Source: Bacteroidetes bacterium RIFCSPLOWO2_12_FULL_35_15
Lineage (GTDB): Bacteria; Bacteroidota; Bacteroidia; 2-12-FULL-35-15
Reading direction: 5' to 3'
DNA: 64,000 bases
NCBI GenBank assembly: GCA_001769385.1
Contig: MEPB01000037.1
Span: 12,241-76,240, forward strand
The translations under genes and the position numbers were made by a program. The notes beneath the pieces are model-generated. The model did not search any database and was not told where the DNA came from. It was given only the letters and a program-made list of their open reading frames with translations. This document shows, in pieces, positions 31,501 to 42,025 of this stretch. Every line of letters starts with the position of its first letter. Position 1 is the first letter of the stretch.

Positions 31501-32363
31501 TAGTTAGCGGGAATACAAATTATTATGTTATTGTTACTGATACAGTTAGTGGTTGTTTAGATACTGCATTTATTAATATTTATGCCGGCACTAACTCTAT
31601 TAATGTGAATGCGGGGAATGATGTAACTATTTGCCCGGGTGCATCTACAACATTACAGGCAACAGGCGCATCTCAATTTATATGGAGCCCGCCTACAGCA
31701 TTATCAAGCACAACGATTGCAAATCCTAGCGCAAATCCAACAACTACAATTACTTATACCGTTACAGGGACCAGCCAATGTGTTTCGGGGCAGGGAATGG
31801 ATAGTGTAAAAGTTATTGTTCCTATTGTTTCTCCTTTAACAATATCTGCAGGGGATAATCAGGAGGTTTGTGTTTCAACAGTATATGGATTGAATGTTGC
31901 TTCCTCAGGAGGTTATGGAAATAACACCTATGCCTGGACCTTATTATCAGGTGCAGCTATTGATCCAATAAATAATGCGAACACAGCAAATGCTTCGGTG
32001 ACTCCGACATTAGAAGGAACAAATACATATCAGATTACAACAATAGATGCATGTGGTAATTCAGTTACAGATACAGTTCTCGTTAATGTTCTACCGGATT
32101 GCGATCTGGAAATTCCAAATATTTTTACACCGAATGGCGATGGGGAAAATGATTATTTTATTGTGAATGCGAAGCATCTCAACTCTTATTCAATTGTTAT
32201 TTATAATCGCTGGGGGAAAAAGGTATTTGAGTCAAACGATGTTAATCAAAGTTGGGACGGAAAAAATAATGAGGACGGAACTTATTTTTACATCATTAAA
32301 GCGGAAGGAATTGATAAAATGCTTTATGATAAAAAAGGCTATCTTCAACGATTAGGAAAATAA
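28566..32363 (+). CDS. Large secreted T9SS type B cargo protein (1265 aa) with Ig-like tandem repeats and gliding-motility-associated C-terminal domain
   Basis: Signal peptide. Two ~161-aa tandem repeats. C-terminal FTPNGDGENDYF...GTYFYIIKAEG CTD. A mid domain (YGNWYTSAKHQFLFKASELIAAG...) resembles one in the M43 protease at 7729. Confidence 0.75.
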   Translation: MKKNKICIFFLLGLLLTQNLRASHIAGGDLSYVCLGNNQYQINLNLFVDCLGFDPGANQTITFTSSCGGSATATVNVINPGGTEISQLCPAQINNSTCNGGTLPGMWGFHFTGTVTLAPACDTWTMSWTTCCRNAAILNLQTPDVFGSYIQATLNSVTAPCNSSPSFTSQPIPYVCVNQQVNYNYGVVETDGDSMYYSLINAMDANAVNLAYVAGYSASSPIPGITINPITGVLTFTPTMLGNFVVVVLVQEYDSNGNLIGTVMRDIQFIVQSCSNIVPDPTAGAISNLTGTAVQTSPFSIEMCEGSSFTFDATYTDANAGDVLTLVSNISTVLAGSTLTTTGANPLVATITWTAPGGSANTNTSFSVTVNDGACPVMGQQTFVYDINVQPRTLAGPDHIICGIQSVTLTGTGGSLFTWNVISGPAMIVGTNFSCNPCANPIASPNATTTYEVVSNLSGTCVNKDTVTVTVVPDFSFVTIQTTDTLCLQQLVQLNITGSPAGAYTYLWSPPTYLNNITIANPTANVTVPGTYSYYVDITSPLGCLKKDTATITILPDIRTRVGPDTVLCISQSAQLNATSGSSFSWNVLSGTPMVVGTNFSCNPCANPIATPTVTTVYQVTSNLNGTCINKDTITVTVVPNFSYVTSQSSTSSCLLQPIQFNAVGSPAGTYTYDWSPSTYLNNTTIADPVATISSPGTYTYYVNITSPLGCVKIDTASITITASYPPNPVSTVTDTVVCVGDTVLLGVTFGTSVPSVCGTNPIGCSAALVGTVGTGTTSNSTTSYPAPYGNWYTSAKHQFLFKASELIAAGITGGKIDQIDFNVSTITGITAYHEYTINMGCTNLTTLTNWVTGLSNVYTPKTYNVASGWNGHVFDLAYEWDGISNVVVEICFSEMPPTSNYTNNCSSPYTTTTFTSCLYSISDVTPQCPNLGLPTTTNNRPNVRFHYCGSAPDSTKYTYTWMPLSGVFNPHTQTTGAIVSGNTNYYVIVTDTVSGCLDTAFINIYAGTNSINVNAGNDVTICPGASTTLQATGASQFIWSPPTALSSTTIANPSANPTTTITYTVTGTSQCVSGQGMDSVKVIVPIVSPLTISAGDNQEVCVSTVYGLNVASSGGYGNNTYAWTLLSGAAIDPINNANTANASVTPTLEGTNTYQITTIDACGNSVTDTVLVNVLPDCDLEIPNIFTPNGDGENDYFIVNAKHLNSYSIVIYNRWGKKVFESNDVNQSWDGKNNEDGTYFYIIKAEGIDKMLYDKKGYLQRLGK
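29740..30725 (+). repeat. Intragenic tandem duplication (2 x ~483 bp) in the large cargo gene
   Basis: Protein repeats RTLAGPD...TGTGGSLFTWNVISGPAMIVGTNFSCNPCANPIASP... and RTRVGPD...ATSGSSFSWNVLSGTPMVVGTNFSCNPCANPIATP.... The nucleotide copies have diverged (~80% identity by eye). Confidence 0.6.
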
Positions 32364-32398
32364 AGGAAACGGTTATTCAAAAAATGGGCCCTAAGAAA

Positions 32399-34120
<1,722 letters not shown>

Positions 34121-34241
34121 TTATCTTTTGGTTGGGTTTTTGAAAATTCAATAATGCCATTAGAATTGAAAATTCCCCTTTGTTTCCAAAAAAATAGTTT
34201 AATTTTATTTCTGTCAAAAAATAAATCAACAGTTTCCGATT

Positions 34242-37200
34242 GTGTTTTTAAACTTTTTTATGAATAAACTTTTTCACGCTTTCTTATTAGTTTTCTTTGC
34301 TTTAATAATTCAGCAAAAATTGGAGGCGCAGTACAATGGCTATCCAATAAGAAATTATACTTCAAAGGAAAACAAAGGTTTTACTCAAAACTGGGTTTGT
34401 GTACAGGATAAAAGGGGTGTGCTTTATTTTGGAAATAGCAGTGTTATTTTAGAATATGATGGAAAAGTATGGCGAAAAATACCCGTTACAAGCAGTGTGG
34501 CAATACGGTCGTTATACATTGATAGTTTAGGAACTATTTATGTTGGTTCAGTTGGCGATTTCGGCCTTTTAGTTCCTCAAAAAAATGGCGAACTTGTTTT
34601 TCAATCCTTAACAAAAGGACTAACAGAAAAAGAAAAAAACTTTTCAGATGTATGGAAAATCCACAATAATAAAGGGGCTGTAATTTTTCAATCAAGCGAG
34701 AATTTATTTTTTCTGAAGGATAACAAAATAACTACGATCAGTCCTGAATTTTCTTTTGCTTCCCTTTCTTTTATTGCAAATGATGATTTTTATATCCGGC
34801 AACGCATGGTTGGTCTGATGAAATTAGAAGGTAATAAACTTCATCTGATTCCTGAAGGTGAAAAGCTGAAAGATGATGGAATATTGGGAGTTATTCCATT
34901 TCCAAAACATTCAAAAAATAAATATCTGGTGCTTACCGGTGATAATGGATTTTTTTTAATTGATGATATTAAAAAAAATATAACACCTGTTTTGTCAACT
35001 TCAGCAAAACAGTTGAATGATATTGGAGTACTGGGAATGAACTGGTTTAATGATTCAACAATTTTTATAAACTCCCGTGGAGGTATTATTTCCCTGAATC
35101 AAAAACTGGAGCTGCAAAAAATTATAAATAAAAGCGATGGATTAAATGATGAATCAATTGCAAATATGTTTGTTGATAAACAAAAAGAATTATGGCTATG
35201 TACAAATAATGGTATTAGTAAAATATCTATCAATTCACCACTTTACTTTTACAATAATTCCTCCGGATTAAAAGGCAACATATTTAAAATTTCTATTTAT
35301 AATAATAAAATATTTGTAGGAACTACTGCAGGTATATTTCAGGCAGAATTAAACAACCAGAATAAAAGCAGCACCGCTGAAAAATTGATTTTTAAGAATA
35401 TTGAAGGAACCTATTTTGAGGTATGGGATTTTAATCAAAATAAAAATCAATTGTTAGCAGCAACAAGTGATGGAGTTTTTGAAATAGCCAATAATAAAGC
35501 AAATAGAATAACGAAAGCCTATTCAAATATTATTTTTAATTCGGTAAATAGCGAAAATAGAATGTATGTAGGAGAAAAAGATGGACTGAAAATTCTTGAA
35601 AAAAATAAAAGTTTAAAATGGGAAGTAAAACATTTTCTTGATTTCCCAACAGATGATATTGTAAGTATTGTTGAAATACCCAATGATTCAATCGATCCAA
35701 AGGAAGTTGTTTTGTGGATGACTACAAGAAATAAGGGTGCAATGAAAGTATCATTTGATGGAACATTTAATTATAAACTGACAAGATACGATACTACAAG
35801 AGGTTTACCCAATGAATTAATAAATCTGGAGATATATAATGGTAAAGTATATTTCTGTAATGCTGTTGGTTCATTTGTCTATGATAAAAACAAAATATCC
35901 GCATTTACTCCCGCTCTTAATTGGGGTACCGGAAATATATTTTTATATGATAAAAACAAAGATGAGGGAAAGAAAAAGTGTTTTACAGAAATTCCGATGA
36001 ATTCTATTTGGAATGAAAAGGAAACACTAATTTCTGATGATTCTATTTCAGGCGATGGAAAAAATTTATTAAATGCTTTGATGGTGATGGAAGAAAAGGG
36101 ATACACGTATTATCAGAATAATCCGGATATCTTATGGATTGGACTTTCTGATATCCTTATCAGGTATGATTCGCATGTTAAAAAAGATTATCAAACAGCA
36201 TTTAATACCTTGATCAGGAAAGTATCGATAGGAAAAGATTCAACTGTTTTTTTTGGCACCTATTCCAATCCAATTAGCGAAACAAAAAGAATTGTTTCAT
36301 TAGATCAGGGAAGCGACCAGTTTCTTCAACTGCCTTATAAATATAATAGTTTGACATTTGAATATGCTGCGCCATTTTTTGAACGTGAGGAACAGACTCA
36401 ATTCAGTTACAAACTAATCGGCTTTGATACAGCATGGTCTGCATGGTCAATAAGTTCGTCTAAACAATTTACTAATTTATTCGAAGGGGAATACATATTT
36501 ATTGTAAAAGCTAAAAGTGTTTATCAAAACGAAAGCCGGGTTGCTCACTATAAATTTACAATTCTCCCGCCTTGGTATAGAACTTTTTGGGCTTATATAT
36601 TTTATTTATTGATATTCGTTTTATTAATTGTTATTGCCGTAAAAATTAGTGTAAGGCGATTAACCCTTGCCAAAATTAAACTGGAAAAAATTGTGACAGA
36701 ACGCACGACAGAAGTAGTAAAACAAAAAGAAGAACTTCAGCAAAAAAGTGCAATCATTGAAATCGCTTATGATGATATTAAATCAAGTATTAATTATGCC
36801 AAACGTATTCAGGAATCTATTCTGCCATTAAAGAATGAAATAAAAAAATCATTCCCTGAGTCATTTGTTTTATTTAAACCCCGTGATATTGTGAGTGGCG
36901 ATTTTTATTGGTTTTCAAAACATGAGAATAGGAATATAATTGCTTGCGTTGATTGCACCGGACATGGCGTTCCGGGGGCTTTTATGAGCATGATCGGCAA
37001 CACCATACTGAACGAAATAATAAATGAAAAAGGAATAGAAACACCTTCAGAAATATTAAATTTATTGCATGAACGTGTTCGTCAATCTCTTAAACAGGAT
37101 CTGGAAAACGCTGAAACGAGGGATGGAATGGATATATCGCTTTGCGTTATTGATACTTTAAATAGCAAAATACAGTATGCCGGAGCAAACCGGCCCTTGT

Positions 37201-37529
37201 ACATTATCCGCAAAAACAAGCTGGAAGAAATAAAACCAAACAAAATGCCAATTGGGGGTTATCAGATGGAGGAGGACAGGCGCTTTCTTAATCATGAAAT
37301 TTCATTGAATAGTGGTGATACAATTTATTTAACTACTGATGGCTATGCCGATCAGTTTGGCGGAGAAAAAGGGAAGAAATTTATGGTGAAACGGTTTCAC
37401 CAACTGTTAATGGAGATTCAAGATCAAACCATGGAACATCAGGCTGAAACGCTTAGATCTACTATTGAAAAATGGCAAGGGTCGTTAGAACAAGTAGATG
37501 ATATACTTTTGATCGGTATAAAAGTTTAG
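34242..37529 (+). CDS. Membrane-anchored PP2C/SpoIIE-family protein phosphatase with periplasmic beta-propeller (two-component-regulator-propeller-like) and Y_Y_Y-like sensor domains
   Basis: Signal peptide, ~750-aa periplasmic region, Y_Y_Y-like segment just before the TM (WYRTFWAYIFYLLIFVLLIVIAV), coiled coil. C-terminal PP2C block (DIVSGDFYW...CTGHGVPGAFMSM...DGMD...TDGYADQFGG...DDILLIG). Confidence 0.8.
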   Translation: MFLNFFMNKLFHAFLLVFFALIIQQKLEAQYNGYPIRNYTSKENKGFTQNWVCVQDKRGVLYFGNSSVILEYDGKVWRKIPVTSSVAIRSLYIDSLGTIYVGSVGDFGLLVPQKNGELVFQSLTKGLTEKEKNFSDVWKIHNNKGAVIFQSSENLFFLKDNKITTISPEFSFASLSFIANDDFYIRQRMVGLMKLEGNKLHLIPEGEKLKDDGILGVIPFPKHSKNKYLVLTGDNGFFLIDDIKKNITPVLSTSAKQLNDIGVLGMNWFNDSTIFINSRGGIISLNQKLELQKIINKSDGLNDESIANMFVDKQKELWLCTNNGISKISINSPLYFYNNSSGLKGNIFKISIYNNKIFVGTTAGIFQAELNNQNKSSTAEKLIFKNIEGTYFEVWDFNQNKNQLLAATSDGVFEIANNKANRITKAYSNIIFNSVNSENRMYVGEKDGLKILEKNKSLKWEVKHFLDFPTDDIVSIVEIPNDSIDPKEVVLWMTTRNKGAMKVSFDGTFNYKLTRYDTTRGLPNELINLEIYNGKVYFCNAVGSFVYDKNKISAFTPALNWGTGNIFLYDKNKDEGKKKCFTEIPMNSIWNEKETLISDDSISGDGKNLLNALMVMEEKGYTYYQNNPDILWIGLSDILIRYDSHVKKDYQTAFNTLIRKVSIGKDSTVFFGTYSNPISETKRIVSLDQGSDQFLQLPYKYNSLTFEYAAPFFEREEQTQFSYKLIGFDTAWSAWSISSSKQFTNLFEGEYIFIVKAKSVYQNESRVAHYKFTILPPWYRTFWAYIFYLLIFVLLIVIAVKISVRRLTLAKIKLEKIVTERTTEVVKQKEELQQKSAIIEIAYDDIKSSINYAKRIQESILPLKNEIKKSFPESFVLFKPRDIVSGDFYWFSKHENRNIIACVDCTGHGVPGAFMSMIGNTILNEIINEKGIETPSEILNLLHERVRQSLKQDLENAETRDGMDISLCVIDTLNSKIQYAGANRPLYIIRKNKLEEIKPNKMPIGGYQMEEDRRFLNHEISLNSGDTIYLTTDGYADQFGGEKGKKFMVKRFHQLLMEIQDQTMEHQAETLRSTIEKWQGSLEQVDDILLIGIKV

Positions 37530-37530
37530 C

Positions 37531-37560
37531 AAAAAGCCCACAATCTGTGGGCTTTTTCTT
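37531..37560. terminator. Bidirectional rho-independent terminator
   Basis: Hairpin agcccaca-atct-gtgggct flanked by A and T tracts (aaaaagcccacaatctgtgggctttttc). Confidence 0.7.
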
Positions 37561-37561
37561 T

Positions 37562-37771
37562 TTATGCATTTTTAATCTCTGTAATGATCACTTTTCCGGT
37601 AGGGGTAGTTACTTTAACGTAAACAAATCCATCCCCGATTTTTCTATCAATGGTAGCACCCGGTTGGAAAAATTCCCATTTGTTGGCTGTACCTGCTTCG
37701 GTTAAACGTCCGGAATCACTGTCATAGATATCTGCAAGTGTTCCGCTTTTGTCTTCTCTAATTGCTGCCAT
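37562..37771 (-). CDS. Small hypothetical protein (69 aa)
   Basis: ORF directly bounded by the terminator hairpin. No hydrophobic segments. No recognised motif. Confidence 0.4.
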   Translation of the reverse strand: MAAIREDKSGTLADIYDSDSGRLTEAGTANKWEFFQPGATIDRKIGDGFVYVKVTTPTGKVIITEIKNA

Positions 37772-37913
37772 AAATTTTTTTTATAGGTTAATATTAATTT
37801 TATTAAGCTAAGTAACTAAATATTAATTAGAACAACAAACTTTAAAACGATTTCCTCCGTAAGATTTTATAACCATATTTTGATATATTTGTCTTACTAA
37901 ATAATACTACTCC

Positions 37914-39893
37914 ATGGTACGTTTCGTTTTTATCTTTCTCTTAGCGATCTGTTTAACATTTCCGGGTTTTGGAAATAATAAATTAGATTCATTAATAAAC
38001 CAAATCGAAACATTTAAAGAAGATACCTCAAAGGTTAATGAGATATTGAAAGTATGTGCTCTTATCCGAGAAAATGACCCTGACAGAACGATTGAGATCG
38101 CTGAGAAAGGGATTAAACTTTCGCAAAACCTGGATTATAAATTAGGCTTAGCAAAGTGTATTCAAAATGTGGGTATTGCATATCATAACAAAGGCAATTA
38201 TGAAAAGGCGGTAGATAATTATCTGAAAGCATTAAAATATTTTGATGAACTAAAAGATGACAATGGTATAGGAACAACTTATAATTTGTTGGGGATCGTA
38301 TGTCGTTTACAAGGTAATTATAAACAGGCAATTGAATATTATAAAAAAGCGCTTCAATTGTCAAAGGAAAGCGGGGATAAAAAAAGTTATGCCGGTACAC
38401 TTTTAAATATTGGAAATGTGTTTTATTTTTCTAATGATTTTGAATCTGCAATTGATTATTATCAACAAGCAAATGCAATATTTCTTGAATTAGGAAAAAA
38501 AAATGAAGCTGCAACTTGTCTGCAAAATATTGGAAGTATTTATTTTTCGCTAAGTAAATTTGATCTTGCTCTTGAAAACTATACAAAAGTATTGGATGTA
38601 AGACTTGGAGATAATGATCAATCGCTTATTGCTGTGGCTTTAAATAATATCGGGGAGGTTTATAAAGAGAAAGGAGATTTTCATAAAGCAATTGAATTTA
38701 TAAATAAGAGCATAATTATTTCTAAAAAAACTGATGCTAAAGAAACACTCCGGATTAATTACGAAAACATGTTAGATCTTTATTCTAAACAAGGAAATTA
38801 TAAAGAAGCCATCAACTATTTTAAATTAGTTTCAGATTTAAAAGACACTATTTTTAATATCGAAAGCAATAAGCATTTGCAAGGACTTTCGGTAAAATAT
38901 GAATCTGAAAAAAAAGAATCTGAAAATAAAATTCTTCGTTCGGAAACAGAACGGCAAAAAATTATTAATTGGTCAATAAGTACAGGATTGTTTTTATTGG
39001 CAGTGCTAACATTTTTCATTTTCAGAGGATACAAAAACAAGAAACGTGCACACCTGATCATCAGCGATCAAAAAAAAGAAGTGGAACGGCAAAAATTAAT
39101 TGTTGAAAATCAAAAAGAATTAGTTGAAGAAAAAAACAAAGAAGTATTGGATAGTATTTATTATGCCCGTAGGATCCAACGGGCACTTTTAACAAGTGAA
39201 GGATATATTAAAAAACATTTGAATGCCGATTTTTTTATTCTCTTTAAACCAAAAGATATTGTTAGCGGTGATTTTTATTGGGCCGTGGAGCACAATAATT
39301 TATTTTTTATAATGACCGCAGATTGTACAGGGCATGGTGTTCCGGGAGCATTCATGAGTATGTTGGGGATTAATTTTTTAAATGAGATTATTATTGAACG
39401 GAAAATAAAAAATCCTGCTCTTATATTGGATATTTTACGCGAAGAGATCATTCGTAACTTGAATCCGGAAGGTGCCGAAGAAGCAAAAGATGGAATGGAT
39501 GCCGTAATATGTGTGTACGATATGCAAAACAAAAGGATGGATTTTGCTGCGGCCAACAATCCTTTGTGGTTAAATAGAAATGGAGTGATAACTGAATACA
39601 AAGCTGATAAAATGCCTGTGGGAAAATATTATGAAAATGCCTTGGGTTTTACCAAACAAAGTATTGAATTAGAAGCCGGCGATACCATTTACACCTTTAC
39701 AGATGGTTATGCTGATCAGTTTGGTGGCGACAAAGGAAAAAAATTTAAATATAAACCATTGAAAGAAATGTTCCTGGAAAACAGCAACAGATCAATGAAA
39801 GAGCAAAAAGATATATTTGACAAAACATTCGAAAGCTGGCGTGATAAATTAGAACAAGTGGATGATATTTTAGTGATTGGAATAAAAGTTTAA
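37914..39893 (+). CDS. Membrane-anchored PP2C/SpoIIE phosphatase with periplasmic TPR sensor domain
   Basis: Signal peptide, ~8 TPR-like units (GNYEKAVDNYLKALKYF...), TM (WSISTGLFLLAVLTFFIF). C-terminal PP2C block homologous to the 34242 and 39895 proteins. Confidence 0.8.
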   Translation: MVRFVFIFLLAICLTFPGFGNNKLDSLINQIETFKEDTSKVNEILKVCALIRENDPDRTIEIAEKGIKLSQNLDYKLGLAKCIQNVGIAYHNKGNYEKAVDNYLKALKYFDELKDDNGIGTTYNLLGIVCRLQGNYKQAIEYYKKALQLSKESGDKKSYAGTLLNIGNVFYFSNDFESAIDYYQQANAIFLELGKKNEAATCLQNIGSIYFSLSKFDLALENYTKVLDVRLGDNDQSLIAVALNNIGEVYKEKGDFHKAIEFINKSIIISKKTDAKETLRINYENMLDLYSKQGNYKEAINYFKLVSDLKDTIFNIESNKHLQGLSVKYESEKKESENKILRSETERQKIINWSISTGLFLLAVLTFFIFRGYKNKKRAHLIISDQKKEVERQKLIVENQKELVEEKNKEVLDSIYYARRIQRALLTSEGYIKKHLNADFFILFKPKDIVSGDFYWAVEHNNLFFIMTADCTGHGVPGAFMSMLGINFLNEIIIERKIKNPALILDILREEIIRNLNPEGAEEAKDGMDAVICVYDMQNKRMDFAAANNPLWLNRNGVITEYKADKMPVGKYYENALGFTKQSIELEAGDTIYTFTDGYADQFGGDKGKKFKYKPLKEMFLENSNRSMKEQKDIFDKTFESWRDKLEQVDDILVIGIKV

Positions 39894-39894
39894 T

Positions 39895-42015
39895 ATGAAA
39901 ATGAAAAAGACAATCAATTATTTTTTTTCTTACCGCTTGATCATACTTTGTTTTGCAATAGGGGGCAGCGGTAAACTGTTGCAAGCTCAAAACTCAAATA
40001 AAATTGCAGATAGCTTAATTGTTTTGCTGAAATCAGCAACAGATACAACACGTATAAATATATTGAATGAAATCGCTTATGAATATATTTCTGATGCTCC
40101 TGAAACAGCAACAAAATATGCAAATGAAGCTTTGCAGCTGGCGCAGAATGTTGATTTTTTAATGGGAGAAATAAATGCAAATAATAATTTGGGATTGGCT
40201 CAGTATTACAGCAATAATTATGATGCTGCACTTGACTATTACAATAAGGTGCTTTTGTTAGCTAGGAAAAATGGGGATAAATTAAAAGAAGCGAGCGCCA
40301 TAAATAATATTGGATTGGTATATGATGATAAAGCAGACTATACTAAAGCACTGGAAAATTATTTAAAGGCATTACAAATAGTAGAAAAAATAAATGGCAA
40401 ACGACTTATTGCCAGCACCACTAATAATATAGCATTGATTTATCAAAATCAGGGAAAATATGAACAAGCACTCGCTTTTCATCACAAAGCATTAAAAATA
40501 AAGGAAGAAATTAAAAATACAAAAGGGGTAGGAAACTCCTTGCATAATATTGCCCTGGTCTATAAACTAAAAGGTGATTACGAAAAAAGTTTAGAATATA
40601 ATTTTAAAGCTTTAGCCATTCGGGAATCAGTGAATGATATGAACGGGAAAGCTCTTACATTAAATAATATTGGTAGCGTATATGAATCGATGGAAGAATT
40701 TGATAAAGCGCGTACCTATTTTGAGGAGTCCCTTGAAATACGAAAACAATTAAAGGACCAATATGGTTTAGCGGTTACTATATTTAGCCTGGGCTCCAAC
40801 TATTTTAGCCGGAAACAATATGAAAAAGGTTTTGAATACATGCAGGAAGCGATCGAAATATCAAAAAAAATCGGGGCAAATGAGTTACTTAAAAAAGAAT
40901 ACCAAACAATGGCAGAAGTGTTTGCTGACCGGCAAAATTTTTCAAAAGCATACGAATATCAAAAACTATATATTAACGTAAAAGATTCTATTTTAAATGC
41001 TGAAACAGAAAAACAAATTAATGAACTACAAACAAAATACGAAACAGAGAAAAAGCAAAAGGAAATTGAACTGATCACTAAAAATAATGAGATCCAGGCG
41101 CTCGAACTTAATAAAAATAAATTATGGATATGGATGCTCGTTGTAGCTGTTTTATTAGTGTTTACGCTTGCAGGATTGTTTTACAACAGGTCTAAATTAA
41201 AACAAAAGGCAAATGTATTGCTAGAGCATCAAAACACGGAAATAACGCAGCAGAAAAAAGAAATTACCGATAGTATCAATTATGCAAAACGCATACAGGA
41301 ATCTATTCTTCCACCATCTGAACATTGGAAAAAATTACTGCCGGATAGTTTTATTTTTTATCGTCCCAAAGATATTGTCAGCGGTGATTTTTATTGGATA
41401 GAACAAAAAAACCAAACTGTTTGTTTTGCCGCTGTGGATTGCACCGGACATGGTGTTCCGGGAGCCCTCATGTCGGTAGTTGGATTTAATTTACTGACAC
41501 AAGCCGTGAACGAAATGAATTTAACAAAACCTTCAGAAATACTAAAACATTTAGATGCAGGGGTTACAAAAACATTACGACAATCAAATGACGGAAAAGG
41601 TGTGAAGGATGGAATGGATCTTTCCTTGTGTTCATTAAATAAGGAAACAAATGAATTGCAATATGCCGGAGCATTTAATTCATTGTACTACATTAATAAT
41701 GGAGTATTTATTGAAATAAAAGCGGATAAATTTCCAATAGGTGTTAATCTTGATGGTATTGTGGATAATTATACCAATCATACTATTCAACTTCAAAAAG
41801 GAGATGCTGTTTATTTATACAGTGATGGTTATGCCGACCAGTTTGGAGGAGCAAAAGGAAAAAAATTCAAATACAACCAATTGAAAAACTTGCTTGTTTC
41901 AATTTCAGAAAAGCCAATTGAAGAACAGCAAAAATTAATTGCAGATGCTTTTGATAATTGGAAAGGGGAGCTGGAACAAATAGATGATGTGTTGATAATC
42001 GGGGTGAGGGTGTAA
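39895..42015 (+). CDS. Membrane-anchored PP2C/SpoIIE phosphatase with periplasmic TPR sensor domain (third paralog)
   Basis: Starts 2 nt after the previous stop. TPR array, TM (LWIWMLVVAVLLVFTLAGLFY), PP2C block (DIVSGDFYWIEQ...CTGHGVPGALMSV...SDGYADQFGG). Confidence 0.8.
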   Translation: MKMKKTINYFFSYRLIILCFAIGGSGKLLQAQNSNKIADSLIVLLKSATDTTRINILNEIAYEYISDAPETATKYANEALQLAQNVDFLMGEINANNNLGLAQYYSNNYDAALDYYNKVLLLARKNGDKLKEASAINNIGLVYDDKADYTKALENYLKALQIVEKINGKRLIASTTNNIALIYQNQGKYEQALAFHHKALKIKEEIKNTKGVGNSLHNIALVYKLKGDYEKSLEYNFKALAIRESVNDMNGKALTLNNIGSVYESMEEFDKARTYFEESLEIRKQLKDQYGLAVTIFSLGSNYFSRKQYEKGFEYMQEAIEISKKIGANELLKKEYQTMAEVFADRQNFSKAYEYQKLYINVKDSILNAETEKQINELQTKYETEKKQKEIELITKNNEIQALELNKNKLWIWMLVVAVLLVFTLAGLFYNRSKLKQKANVLLEHQNTEITQQKKEITDSINYAKRIQESILPPSEHWKKLLPDSFIFYRPKDIVSGDFYWIEQKNQTVCFAAVDCTGHGVPGALMSVVGFNLLTQAVNEMNLTKPSEILKHLDAGVTKTLRQSNDGKGVKDGMDLSLCSLNKETNELQYAGAFNSLYYINNGVFIEIKADKFPIGVNLDGIVDNYTNHTIQLQKGDAVYLYSDGYADQFGGAKGKKFKYNQLKNLLVSISEKPIEEQQKLIADAFDNWKGELEQIDDVLIIGVRV

Positions 42016-42025
42016 TTTCTTTCAC

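Noticed and set aside
32364-32398. Possible terminator between the large cargo gene and the ABC-F gene
   Set aside because: Only imperfect complementarity (atgggc vs gtccat region). Not convincing as a hairpin.
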